A DNA stretch of 64,000 nucleotides from Scyliorhinus canicula (GCF_902713615.1 NC_052167.1:3286001-3350000); one strand, 5' to 3'. Counted from the first letter of the stretch, positions 13,251 to 25,255 are shown. A program made the numbers and translations. Notes: generated from the sequence alone by a model not told the origin.

Positions 13251-13890
13251 CATATAGTGCTTTTCATAGCCACTGGACGTCAAAGGGTTTTACAGCCAAT
13301 GAAGTACTTTTGACGTGCTGTAATCACATAATCCCTACAGTGCAGGAGGCCATTGGCCCATTGAGTCAGCACCAACCATTGGAATGAGCAGCTTACCTAG
13401 GCCCACGCCCCTACCCTATCCCCGCAACCCCACCCAACCTTTGGACACTCGGGGATAATTTATCATGGCCAATCCACCTAACCTGCACATCTTTGGACTG
13501 TGGGAGAAAACCGGAGCAAACCCACACAGAGACGGAGAGAACATGCAAACTCCAGTTTCTCGAGGTCGGGATCGAACGCAAGTCCTCAGCACCGTGAGGC
13601 AGCAGTGCTAACCACTGCACAGCCCTAATAATAGAATTATAAGAAATGCTGCAGCCAATTTGCACGCAGCAACTGCCCAACAATGTCACAACGACCCAGA
13701 TAATCTGTTACATTGATGCTGATTGAGAGATGGTCAGGACATCAGAGAGAATGCTCCTGTTTCATAGGATCTTTCACATCCGCCTGAGGCAGCAGATGGG
13801 GGTTTCAGTTTCACGATTCATCCGAACAACAGCACCTCTGACAATGCAGCACTTCCTCAGTACAGTACTGCTCTGGAATGTCAACTTTGA
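13250..13890 (-). mobile_element. Old Deu-domain-like SINE (SacSINE1/AmnSINE1-like) interrupted by a V-SINE; further fragments at ~3000-3240, 9400-9700, 15380-15575 and 59060-59220
   Basis: Reverse complement of the motif gagggagtgctgcactgtcagaggtg..cggatga..aaagatccc seen in several degraded copies. Confidence 0.55.
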
Positions 13891-14962
13891 TTATCTTAGC
13901 ACTTAAGGGGCACGGTGGCGCAGTGGTTCGCACTGCTGCCTAATGCGCCAAGGGCCCGGGTTCAATCCCAGCTCTGGGTCACTGTCTGTGGAGTTTGCAC
14001 ATTCCGGGTGCTCCGGTTTCCTCCCACAGTCCAAAGATGTGCGGGTTAGGTGGATTGGCCATGCTAAATTGCCCGTAGTGTCCTAATAAAAAGTAAGGTT
14101 AAGGCGGGGGTTGTTGGGTTACGGGTATAGGGTGGATACGTGGGTTTGAGTAGGGTGATCATGGCTCGGCACAACATTGAGGGCCGAAGGGCCTGTTCTG
14201 TGCTGTACAGTACTGTTCTATGTTCTCCCCGTGTCTGCGTGGGTCTCACCCCCACCAACCAAAGATGTGCAGGGTAGGTGGATTGGCCACGCTAAATTGC
14301 CCCTTATTGAAAAAATAATTGAGTATTCTAAATTTATATTTGTAAAGAATCTTTGCACTGAAGACCTGGAGTGAGAATATATGGTCATGGGAGGATTAGT
14401 AGAATAAGGGAGAGCTGCCTTAAACAAAGAGATTTATTTTGAGGGATGAAATTAAACTTTGATTTCTTTTTTAACATATAAAAAGTATATATTTGACCTG
14501 CTTTTGTCAATTTGTTACTCATTCAAATTCTTTGTTTATTCCTCCCGTTCCCATATTCTCACATGATATAGCGATGGAGATGACGATTACTTTTTTTTAA
14601 AAAAAAGACCCTTGAAATTTGTCTTAAGACTGGATTTTGATTAGCCAGCAGCACTGCTGAAAATACTCAGCCGATGAGCAAACCCCCACCACTGGACGTT
14701 TTTTGACGAACTGGAGCCAAGACCTCGGGCCACCTTGCTGTGTAGACTGTGAAACACTCAATTGGGGACAAGAGCGGCACAGCAGAAAGCAGGAGACATG
14801 ACTACGCATGAACCAAGTTTGTACATGTGCACTAGTCACTTCTAATGGAGTAAATCGACAAATGTGTTGAATTAATGATTTGGAAATTATTTATAGTTGT
14901 ATATACATTGTACTTTATGCAGGGGCTGAAATCAGTTGTAACTTATTTTGCTCTTCAATAGA

Positions 14963-14968
14963 AATAAA
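14963..14968 (+). terminator. Candidate DNAJB12 polyadenylation signal in a putative terminal 3'-UTR exon (~14570-14990)
   Basis: AATAAA in a non-repetitive, AU-rich, UTR-like block downstream of a pyrimidine tract (14520-14560); the link to the 9985 donor is inferred. Confidence 0.4.
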
Positions 14969-15194
14969 TCCTGTGACAAATACTCGTGTCTGCATTTAAT
15001 TGCCCACATTAGCCAATATTTGAGAATTTGGTAACCACTTGGAGCAGGACTTTGTCTGACCATCCAGCCTATAAGGAAACCTCTCAATTCAATTAAACTT
15101 TTCCTTGTGTTTCAGGCCCTGTATTGTCCAAGTTGGACACAGATTAAATATTACGGTTAAAGAACAGGCCCCACAGCAGTGTGATAAAGATCAG

Positions 15195-15372
15195 GGGCCA
15201 GATTCTCCATCCCGCCGCACCCGTTTTCTGGTGTGACACGCCCCTGCCGGCAGGGGGATTCTCCGTCCCAGCAGACGGCCAATGGGGTTTCCCATTGTGG
15301 GCACCCACGGCAATCGGGAAATCCGCGGGCGTGAGTGCACTGCCGTTGAAACGGTGACAGAGAATCCAGCCC
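15195..15372. mobile_element. Putative MITE (GC-rich, short TIRs); related fragment ends near 15905
   Basis: Terminal inverted repeats gggccagattctcc / agagaatccagccc; CpG-rich interior with no coding capacity; TSD unclear. Confidence 0.5.
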
Positions 15373-16423
15373 ATCTGTTTTTGTGATACTGGTTGGGTGG
15401 ATAACTATTGGTCAGGACCAAGGGGCTAATTCCGCTGCTGTTTGTTGAATTAGTGCCATGGGATCTTTTTCACCCGCCTTGGAGAACAGGCTGACCTCAG
15501 TTTGAGGTCTCGTCAGAAAGACCATTGTTCTGACAATGTAACTTTCCCTCAGTACTCCACTTGAGTGTCAACCTGGACCAACCCCCCCCCCCCCCCCCCC
15601 CCCACACCGGTCCGTCCCCCCGCCAGTGGAACAGCTCCACCCCCCGCAGCCGCCACGCCAGGTTCACTAACTTTGAGAGGACAAATGTCCCACGCTGTCG
15701 GGAAGTCGGCCCATTGAAGGCGGAGCATCGGAGGAGGGCCTCAGTGAGACGTCCTGAGGCCATCCCAACAGTGTATGCATTTTTGGGGGGGGGGGGGGGG
15801 GGAAATCATCCGAAAAACGGTCCGCCCCTATTTCAGCGTAAAAATTGATTCTTTGGCTGATCGGAGAACGCGATTTGGGCATCAGCAATCGGAGAATCCC
15901 GCCCAGGGTCTTTAACATAACACACCCCCCCCCATACTTCCAGGCTCTGAAGATTTTCTTCACTACTCCTTTCTGTATTTAATTTGACTAATTAACCCTC
16001 TTTCCGTCTCTATAATTTTGCTGTTTCCCTATCCTCAAATTTCATTGGGAAAAAGGCTCTTGGTCCTATTGTTCCCCAAGATGGCCCAGATTCCAACTCT
16101 CACCTGCAGTAATTTGTGGTGCAAACTAACTGAAGGCCGGTGGGGGGGCGGGAGGTGCATAGGACTCTCTGCAGGATGCCCTACTTCAGCAATTTCTGGC
16201 TCCATCTTTCGAATATGATCTCTATTTGCTGAGTTCGGCTATCAGTAGCTCGCTGAAGATGTACCCTTGGCATGTTTTGGCTTCTGAACACAAGTTATAA
16301 ATATTTTAACTAGGATACTTATTTTTCAGCCTTTTAGATCACCAGATGCTCCTCTTTTCCAATCTAAATACCCGTTGTCTGAAGTTAGCATTCAGCCCAA
16401 GAAATTAATTTGTAAAATATCAA

Positions 16424-16429
16424 TTTATT
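16424..16429 (-). terminator. Candidate ANAPC16 polyadenylation signal
   Basis: tttatt on + (AATAAA on -), about 210 nt downstream of the ANAPC16 stop. Confidence 0.55.
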
Positions 16430-16641
16430 ACCAGTTCATCTCACACCCATGCATCATTTAAAAAAGGTTTTACATGACCCAAATATACCCCCGCACACAG
16501 AATCCAACGTCTATTATGGACATTTAAAACACGATTCAAAACACTCACTGGTGCACAGTTTTACAGAGGAAAATAATTTGGGGTTTGATCTCCCAGTTTC
16601 AAAGCTTTCAGATTGATTAACCAAATCCAGTCTGTCTCATC

Positions 16642-16812
<171 letters not shown>

Positions 16813-17019
16813 CTAGTTCTCCGTTTGTTTTGGTAACGTTTCCAAATAGACAACGTTATGTTAAAGAGCCATAGCTCGATTCCTACAAAGGTTGGATTTT
16901 TGAGACAGCCAGCTCAACTTCTCAAGATAAAAATACAAATTTCAGTGTTCCATTTCAAAGTTGATCTCATTCACTGCCGATAGCCTGACTACCATTTCAG
17001 GAGAAAGATGTGCCCACTG

Positions 17020-17745
17020 GCACGGCAGCACATTGTTGCTTTACTGCTCCAGGGTCCCAGGTTCGATTCCCGGCTTGGGTCACTGTCTGTGCGGAGTCTG
17101 CACGTTCTCCCCGTGTCTGCGTGGGTTTCCTCCGGGTGCTCCGGTTTCATAGAACATTACAGCGCAGTACGGGCCCTTTGGCCCTCGATGTTGCGCCGAC
17201 CCGTGAAACCATCTGAAGCCTATCTGACCTACACTATTCCATTTTCATCCATATGTCTATCCAGTGACCATTTAAATGCCCTTAAAGTTGGCGAGTCTAC
17301 TACTGTTGCAGGCAGGGTGTTCCACACCCCTACTACTCTGAGTAAAAAAACTGCCTCTGACATCTGTCCGATATCTACCACCCCTCAATTTAAAGCTATG
17401 TGCCCTCGTGTTGGTCATCACTATCCGAGGAAAAAGACTCTCACTGTCCACCCTATCTAACCCTCTGACTATCTTATGTCTCTATTAAGTCACCTCTCAG
17501 CCTTCTCCTCTCTCTCTAACGAAAACAACCTCAAGTCCCTGAGCCTTTCCTCGCAAGACCTTCCCTCCATACCAGGCAACATCCTAGTAAATCTCCTCTC
17601 GACCCTTTTCCAAAGCTTCCACATCCTCTGAATTCTCCCTCCATGTATCCATTCAGGCGCCGGAATGTGGCAACTAGGGGATTTTCACAGTAACTTAATT
17701 GCAGTGTTAATGTAAACCTACTTGTGACAATAATAAAGATTATAA
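17020..17745 (+). mobile_element. V-SINE (tail type C) split by an antisense CR1 3' fragment (~17148-17625), in an ANAPC16 intron
   Basis: V-domain breaks at ccggtttc; the CR1 tail (catagaac..) follows; the SINE resumes at ctgaattctccct..gacaataataaagattat. Confidence 0.7.
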
Positions 17746-17787
17746 GAAATCCAGTTCTACTTCCAAGCACTGGCTTTGTGACTTTAC

Positions 17788-17862
17788 CTCGTTTCACCTG
17801 CCTCAATGTATGAGCCACCTGATAACTGAAAACTGCTTCACACAGGAACCTTTCAGTGGCAT
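17788..17862 (-). CDS. ANAPC16: ANAPC16 middle coding exon
   Basis: ttttgacag| acceptor and |gtaaag donor; (D)ATERFLCEAVFSYQVAHTLRQVKR; 75 nt. Confidence 0.96.
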
Positions 17863-18710
17863 CTGTCAAAACAGGAACAAAAGTGTTGAAATACAGTTCA
17901 CGTCATTTAGCAGCAACTGCACACTAGCAAATCCTCAGAAACAGAATAGCTCATCTGCATGAAGATTCATTTTTCTCTTCCTTTCAATCTTCTAAAGGGT
18001 TTATTTCAAAACAGTCTGGATTTCTGGACAATGGACCACTTGTATACAGTGTACCTGGCAGCATCACACACTTAGTTTTGTCAAGATTGCAACCAAATCC
18101 TTGGTCAAAGGGGCAAATTTTTAAAGAGCGATTTGGCAGAGGAATGGTAGAGAGATATGGGGAGGGAATTAGAGTTTAGGGCTGGGGCAGCTGAAGGCAC
18201 AGCCTGCCGATGTGGAATGACTAAAATCAGGGACCTGTAAGCAGTCAAAATTAGATGGAAGACACACATTCATGGGGGCAGGAGGGGGTTTCTGAGCTAA
18301 GGAGAGGCGTGGCCATGTTGGGACTTGAAAATTATTTTAAAAGAGATGTTACCAGACTGGGATCAGACAGAGCACAAACAGGGTGATAGATGAAAGGAAA
18401 TTGCTCTGAATTAGACCAGGGGCAGCAGAGTTTTGGATAACTTGGTTCTTTTTGGAAGGGGAGTAGTTTTTAATATCTCCATATTTAAGGAAGGATATAG
18501 TTGCATTGGAGGTGGCGCAGTGAAGGTTCACGTGATTGATCCCCAGGACGGTGGGCTTATCATTTGATGAGAGGCTGAATAAACTGGACCGATGGTCTCG
18601 AGAGTTTACAAAAACAAAAAATCTTCAAGACAACCTTTAGGTTTTGAACGTTTTGATGATCAGGACAACCATGTCAGCAGGTTCTGCCAGGTTTGGCTGA
18701 CACCAACAAA

Positions 18711-18892
18711 GGGCGGGTTTAGCACAGGGCTAAATCACTGGCTTTGAAAGCAGACCCAGGCAGGCCAGCAGCACGGTTCAATTATCGTACCAGCCTCCCC
18801 AAACAGGCGCTGGAATGTGGCGACTAGGGGCTTTTCACAGTAACGTCATTTGAAGCCGACTTGTGACAATAAGCGATTTTCATTTCATTTCA
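18711..18892 (+). mobile_element. Short tRNA-derived SINE without V-domain; other copies at ~36541-36712 (-), 38140-38300 and 39869-40040
   Basis: gggcgggtttagc..cacggttcaatt head; tail ccaaacaggcgctggaatgtggcgactaggggcttttcacagtaac..gacaataagcgatt(ttcat)n. Confidence 0.75.
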
Positions 18893-19349
18893 AGTGGAAT
18901 GATCAACCATGATCACGACGAATGGCGGAGACGACGGGAAGGGCCGAACGGCTCGCCTCCCCCATCAACCGCTCCTATTTTCTACGTAAATAGGGATTTT
19001 CCTCTGCGATGACAACGCAACAGTTGAGAACTGGAAGAGTCAAGTCTGGAGGTCAACAACAGGTGGGCGGAGGGTGAAATGTCTCCTCACAAGAAGTTGC
19101 TGTCCAGTAGATTCTGTGTTTAGAAAGTATTCTTGGAGGTGTCACAGCATGACCAGCACCCCCCCTCCCAGCCCCAGCCAGCTATTCGGCCATGGGTGCT
19201 GCCTTCCTACATAAACTGGACAACAAAAATATTGCTTTCCCTGCTGGATGATACCTGACTGTCATCCAAACACCCCCGCCCGCCCCGTGTCATTATTTTT
19301 GTTGAATTCTGGTAAAGGGTTCAAGGAAAATTCAAGACGACCGATCTGT

Positions 19350-20190
19350 AATTCCGGGAGACTCCCGGCCAGTCCTGGAGGGTGGCAACCCTGGTTGGCC
19401 CACCATTGGGGCCCAGGCTGAGCCCCGGGCCCAGGCTCCGGCCCTCACCTTCCAGCAGCTCGCTGGCCCCTTTGGGCGAGGTGAAGAGCACCTTGCGCGG
19501 CGGGGTCAGCTCGGACACCCCGAAGCCCCCGCCACCCGCCGCCGAGGAGGACGAGGACGACGCCGAGGTGGCCATGGCAGACGCGCTGCCGGAAAGCCGG
19601 GAGAAGAGCGGGGTCGCGCTTTACGGCGGAAGGTCGGCTTTCAACCTCACTTCGCGACACCCAGGCGCGGTGGACGATCCCATTCCCCTGGTAACCATGG
19701 AGAGAGAGGGGGGGAGGGCGACTTTCGCTGCGCCCGATTCAACAAACCTGTGAACCCTTTTTAATCCAACGAACGTACAGACATTCGAATTTCGCACGGA
19801 CTCAACAATCAACACCCGCTCTTTTGTAAACAATGCAGGGGCGCTGTGCACATTTATTTTGTCTGAGAAATTAACCCCCTGCATTTGTAAATAGCGGTGC
19901 CCCGGCCTTGTTGGCAGCTTATTGATTTCAGTCTCCAATTGCCGTGGACGGAAAGTCATTCACAAAACGGATTAGACGCCGTCTGTGCGCTGAGCCGCGG
20001 CGGCGGGTAGATTTTAAATAAATCGGGCAGTTATCGAGTTTGTCCCTGGGGGAGGGGGAAGGAGTCGGGTCGCGGACCCACCGGAAGGGACCCAGTCGGT
20101 CACCGGAAGGGACTGAGTTGAGTGACGGACGGAGCGCCCCCTCAAGGTAAGAGAAACATCTTTCAGTCAAAATATTAACCCGCGGGGGAG
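19350..20190. promoter_or_regulatory. CpG island / bidirectional promoter region shared by ANAPC16 (-) and ASCC1 (+)
   Basis: GC- and CpG-rich stretch between head-to-head genes; ETS-like CCGGAAG motifs at 20081 and 20103; strong + strand donor AAG|gtaaga at 20147 (putative ASCC1 non-coding exon 1). Confidence 0.75.
19449..19575 (-). CDS. ANAPC16: ANAPC16 first coding exon (anaphase-promoting complex subunit 16; total CDS 318 nt, 105 aa)
   Basis: gccATGG Kozak context; [42 protein letters not shown]; |gtgagg donor. Confidence 0.95.
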
Positions 20191-20203
20191 TGGGGGAGGC
20201 AAC

Positions 20204-20765
20204 AAGAACTTACATTGATGTGGCAACCTTTAACAACAACAACTTACATTGATGTGACAACCTTTAACAACAACAACTTACATTGATGTGGCAACCTTTA
20301 ACAACAACAACTTACATTGATGTGGCAACCTTTAACAACAACAACTTACATTGATGTGACAACCTTTAACAACAACTTACATTGATGTGGCAACCTTTAA
20401 CAACAACAACTTACATTGATGTGACAACCTTTAACAACTTACATTGATGTGGCAACCTTTAACAACAACAACTTACATTGATGTGACAACCTTTAACAAC
20501 AACTTACATTGATGTGGCAACCTTTAACAACAACAACTTACATTGATGTGACAACCTTTAACAACTTACATTGATGTGGCAACCTTTAACAAAAACAACT
20601 TGCATTGATGTGGCAACCTTTAACAACAACAACTTGCATTGACATGGCAACCTTTAACAAGAACAACTTGCATTGACGTGGCAACCTTTGACAACAACAG
20701 CTTGCATTGATGTGGCAACCTTTAACAACAATAACTTGCATTGATGCGGCAAAATTTAACGACAG
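20204..20765. repeat. Minisatellite of ~17 units of 28-34 bp, TTRCATTGATGTGRCAACCTTT(AAC)2-4, in ASCC1 intron 1
   Basis: Directly visible tandem array with no unique spacers. Confidence 0.95.
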
Positions 20766-20946
20766 CTTATCTTTATTTAGGGCCATTGACGTTCCAAAGG
20801 GGCTTCACAGGATCCATACGCCGCAAAGTTAGACAAACTTGGTCAAAGAGGTAGATTTCCAGGAGCGTCTGAAAGGTGGAGTCTGCAGATGGAGCGGCAG
20901 AGAGGTTTAGGGAGGGAATTTCAGGGCGTCAGCAGCTGAAGGCACA

Positions 20947-21180
20947 TGTAATAACCAGCACGGGGCATACAGTATGGGGAGGATTGTTTACCCCCTCTTC
21001 CTGGAGGGGTACGATCCTCTCTGCTGGGCAGCTTACCTGTACTTGTACAAAAAGGTTGGCCAGTCTGGAACTGACCGACGAGAGAGAGTACCCGGTGAGG
21101 TTGACCGGGCCTCGTGTATGAGCTGGTAAAATAAATGTCTTTATTTTAATCTCGCTGTGAACTCCCCGCGCCGTATTAAA
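20947..21180 (+). mobile_element. Solo LTR inserted in an L2-like fragment
   Basis: TGTAATA...TATTAAA termini; perfect 5-bp TSD GCACA (20942-20946 / 21181-21185); internal AATAAA; removing it restores agctgaaggcacagc as seen at ~18190. Confidence 0.8.
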
Positions 21181-21859
21181 GCACAGCTGCCAATGGTGGA
21201 GCTACTGAAATCAAGTGATGCTCAAGAAGCTAAGATTAGTGCGGCACAGGTCGATGTGACCACGATTTATGGCAAAAGATTTAAGGAACTCTTTGGCATT
21301 AGCGTAAAGCTGTAACGGCACAGAGTGACTGCCAGAGCTGTAAGAGCGGATAGGTTTCCAGAGCTGTGAAGGGGGCTGGGGAAGAGGGTGCTGCTGGGAC
21401 TGTGAGGGCAGGGTGGGAGGTGTTATCCAAACTTTCAGTTCACTGAAGAGAGAATTGAAGAGGAGAATGCAGTGCCAATCCCCCAACCACTGGCTAACCC
21501 TATAAAATGCAGGACGGTTGATCATCCTAGCGCAGATACCTCTGAGGGGTGTTGGGGCAGAGGAGATTACATGGATAGGGAAGGACAAGTTCAGATGAGA
21601 ATTTTGACATCAAGACATGGCTTGCCCGGGAACCAGCATTGGTCAGTAAGCAGAGGGATTGTGGGTGCACCAGATTTGGTTGGAATAAGGACAAGGCAGC
21701 TGAGTTTGGATGACCTTCAGGTAGAATGCGGGAGATCAGCCAAGAGTGGGTTGGAACAGTTACGTCTAGATGAATGAACTTAGCAACATGTAATCAGACC
21801 AAGTTTACTTTGACCCAAATTACCTATCTCCTATGGTTAAGAGATAGATAACTAGAAAG

Positions 21860-22076
21860 TGTTAAACGAATGGATGCTGTGGTATGAAGAGACAAAAGTC
21901 CAGCTCCTTTTCACAAACACCTTTATTTCACTTTAACAGACTCTGCACTAAACTCAATCATCACATCACAAGATCCTGAGTCCACCTGAAGCCCCTTTAC
22001 ATTTCAGTGTCAATCATTGAACACTTAACATAAATGAGACAACTAATTGCAATGTCTCTTAACCCATTACTTAACA
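21860..22076 (-). mobile_element. Solo LTR
   Basis: TGTTAA...TTAACA termini; flanks GAAAG/GAGAG (5-bp TSD, 1 mismatch); minus-strand AATAAA near 21922. Confidence 0.65.
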
Positions 22077-22689
22077 GAGAGAACTAAAATTGAGATTAGA
22101 AGATATTTTACACTGGGATGTTAGGACTTGGGAGTTCCTGACCCCCCATAGAACATAGAATATACAGTGCAGAAGGAGGCCATTCGGCCCATTGAGTCTG
22201 CACCAACCCACTTAAGCTCTCACTTCCACGCTATCCCCGCAACCCAATAACCCCTCCTAACCTTTGTGGTCACAAAGGGCAATTTATAATAATAAATTGC
22301 TTATTGTCACAAGTAGCCAATTCACCTAACCTGCACGTCTTTGGACTGTGGGAGGAAACCGGAGCACCCGGAGGAAACCCACGCAGACACAGAGAGAACG
22401 TGCAGACTCCGCACAGACAGTGACCCAGCCGGGAATCGAACCTGGGACCCTGGCGCTGTGAAGCCACAGTGCTATCCACTTGTGCTACTGTGCTGCCCCG
22501 TCCATGATGGAATCAGAATCCAGAGTGACTTTTAACAGTGAAGTGACTAAACATTACAAAAATAAAATGGCTTTATCTGAATGGAAGAAAAAGACAAGGG
22601 AATGTGACAAATTGACAGTTCTTTTAGAAAGTTGGTACAGGAATAATTTGCTGAATGACTTCGCTTGTTTATTGCGAGCGGAATTGAAC

Positions 22690-23620
22690 ACAAAAGTTAA
22701 GAGGTTATGCATCCTTTATATAGAGCATTGGTGAGACCACATCTGGAGTACGGTGTACAGTACTGGTCTCCTTATAAGGATATAAATGCTGTGGAAGCAG
22801 TTCAGTGGCGGTCTACTAGACTAATACCAGAATGGGGTGGGCTGTCTTATAAGGAATGTTTGGACAGGATAGGCGTGTATCCACTGGAGTTTAGAAAAGT
22901 AAAAGGGGACTTGATTGAAATGTAATTTGGCGGCACGGTAGCACAATGGGTAGCTTCACTGTTGCTTCACAGCTCCAAGGTCCCAGGTTTGATTCCTGGC
23001 TTGGGTCATTGTCTGTGCGGAGTCTGTATGTTCTCCCCGTGTCTGCGTGGGTTTCCTCCGGGTGCTCCGGTTTCCACCCACAAGTCCTGGAAGATGTGCT
23101 GTTCGGTGAATTGGACATTCTGAATTCTCCCTCGGTGTACCCGAACATGTGCTGGAATGTGGCGACTAGGGGATTTTCACAGTAACTTCATTGCAGTGTT
23201 AATGTAAGTCTACTTGTGACAATAAAGGTTATTATTAAAGGTCCTGAGGGGTATTGACAGAATAGATGTGAAAAGGATGTTTACTCTTGTGGGAGAATCT
23301 AGAACAAGGGGGTCACTATTTACAAAAGGGGTCGCCCATTTAAGAGCGAGATGAGAATTTATTTCTCGGAGGGTCCTGAGTCTTTCTCTGAGGGTCCTGG
23401 AACTCTCTTCCTTGGGTGCTCGTTTCGGCTGCACATATACTAAAATTGGAACGATGCAGAGAAGATTAGCGTGGACCCTACACAAGGATGACACGGAACT
23501 CTCTTCCTCGGAAGGCGAGGGAAGCAGAGTCTTTGAATATTTAAAGACAGAGCTAGATCGATTCTTGATAGGCAAGGGGGTGAAGGGTTAGATTTCATAG
23601 AATTTACCGTGCAGAAGGAG
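22690..23620 (+). mobile_element. CR1 3' fragment carrying a nested V-SINE (tail type C, 22929-23236) and a U6 retrocopy
   Basis: ORF remnant LYRALVRPHLEYGVQYWSPY..GDLIE matches CR1 ORF2; the fragment resumes after each insert. Confidence 0.8.
23416..23495 (+). pseudogene. RNU6: 3'-truncated U6 snRNA retropseudogene (U6 nt 1-80)
   Basis: gtgctcgtttcggctgcacatatactaaaattggaacgatgcagagaagattagcgtggaccctacacaaggatgacacg; 16-bp TSD gaactctcttcctYgg (23400-23415 / 23496-23511). Confidence 0.92.
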
Positions 23621-24265
23621 GCCATTTGGCCCATCGAGTCTGCACCGGCCCTTGGAAAGACCACCCCACCCAAGCCCACACCCCCACCCTATCCCAGTAA
23701 CCCCACTTAACCTTTTTGGACACTTAAGGACAATTCATCATGGCCAATTCACAATTTATCATGTGCCAACCTGCACATCTTTGGACTGTGGGAGGAAACC
23801 CACGCAGACACGGGGAAAACGTGCAGACTCCGCACGGACAGTGACCCAAACCGGGAATTGAACCTGGGACCCTGGAGCTGAAATGCAATTGTGCTAACCA
23901 CTGTGCTACCGTTCTGCCCTCACGGAGGTAGGTGGGGATGTGTTGTTGAGGTTACAATATGATCAGCCAGGGCATATTCCTTTTTTAAAAAATATTTTTA
24001 TTAAAGTTTTTACATTTTCTACACTCTGCATTCGTTAAATATAGATACAACGGTTACAATTTACAAGTTGTTCCTTTTCGGTGTGTCACTTGGCCTCACC
24101 TCTCTTACCTGGCCATATTTCTGAGGACTCTATAGCCTTTAATTAGTCTGAAGATATGGTGAAGTATGTAGTGCGAACCGTGTTTACATTGTTCTTTAGG
24201 CCAGCAGAGCTTGTACTGTGCTTTACCCACCCCTGGCTGCACACTCCTGGTGAGGATAAGATAAA

Positions 24266-24377
24266 ATGGAAGTTCTTCGGCCAACACTGATCAATATCGA
24301 TGGTCGGATTTACCGCAAAAACCATGTCAAAGAGCAGGTGTACTCGAATGAGGAAGAGGAAGACTTTACTTGCTCAG
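24266..24377 (+). CDS. ASCC1: ASCC1 first coding exon (exon probably starts at 24200)
   Basis: ttctttag| acceptor at 24199; MEVLRPTLINIDGRIYRKNHVKEQVYSNEEEEDFTCS matches the ASCC1 N-terminus; |gtattt donor. Confidence 0.93.
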
Positions 24378-25255
24378 GTATTTATGAACACAGACTATCA
24401 CTCCATTGTCTTAAACATTGTCAGAAGGCAAAGTTCTAGTGCTTTTTCCAGTGAAAGAATATGTAATCATATTGTAATCTAATTGTTTATATATTCATTA
24501 ATGATATAATTAATGCCTGGAAGTCAAATTATACTTTCACATGTCCATGTGGAGTTTGTTTTTAAAAATTTAATGTACCCAATTCATTTTTTTCCAATTA
24601 AGGGGCAATTTAACATGGCCAATCCATCTACCCTGCACATCTTTGGGTTGTGGGGGCGAAACCCATGCAGACACGGGGAGAATGTGCAAACTCCACATGA
24701 ACAGTGACCCAGAGCTGGGATCAAACCTGGGACCTTTGTGCCGTGAAGCTGCAGTGCTAACCACTGCGCCACCATGCTGCCCCTTTTGTTTTCCATGTGG
24801 AGTTTTCACATTCTCCCCGTGTCTGCATGGGCCTTGCCCCACAACCCAAAGATGCGCAGGAAAGGTTTATTGGCCACGCTAAATTGCTCTTTCATTGGGA
24901 AATAAGAATTGGGTACTCTAAATTCATTTTTTTTTTAAATGTTAGTTTCATGATACTTGCAGGGTGGCACTGTGGTTAACACTGCTGCCTCACAGCACTG
25001 AGGACCCGGGTTCGATCCTGGCCCCGGGTCACTGTCCTTGTGGAGTTTGCACATTCTCCCCGTGTCTGCGTGGGTTTTGTCCCCACAACCCAAAAATGTG
25101 CAGGGTAGGTGGATTGGCCACACTAAATTGCCCCTTAATTGGGGGGGAAAAAGAATTAGGTACTCTAAATTTAAAGAAATGAAATTGTAAAAAGTACTCT
25201 AAATTTAAAGAAATGAAATTGTAAAAAGTTGAGGCCCCAGCACAGCCCAGCCCCA

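Noticed and set aside
19382-19753. 123-aa + strand ORF with Pro/acidic tracts
   Set aside because: It is the antisense shadow of the GC-rich ANAPC16 exon and CpG island.
20204-20765. CRISPR-like periodic array of ~30-bp units
   Set aside because: Units are contiguous with no unique spacers, there are no cas genes, and the context is a vertebrate intron. It is a minisatellite.
23416-23495. Functional U6 snRNA gene
   Set aside because: It is 3'-truncated, has a mutated ACAGAG box, lacks a PSE/TATA context and T-run terminator, and is flanked by a TSD.
25160-25230. 34-bp tandem duplication at a SINE tail (and a 15-bp one at ~521-550)
   Set aside because: Simple local slippage or TSD-related duplication inside repeats, with no sign of function.
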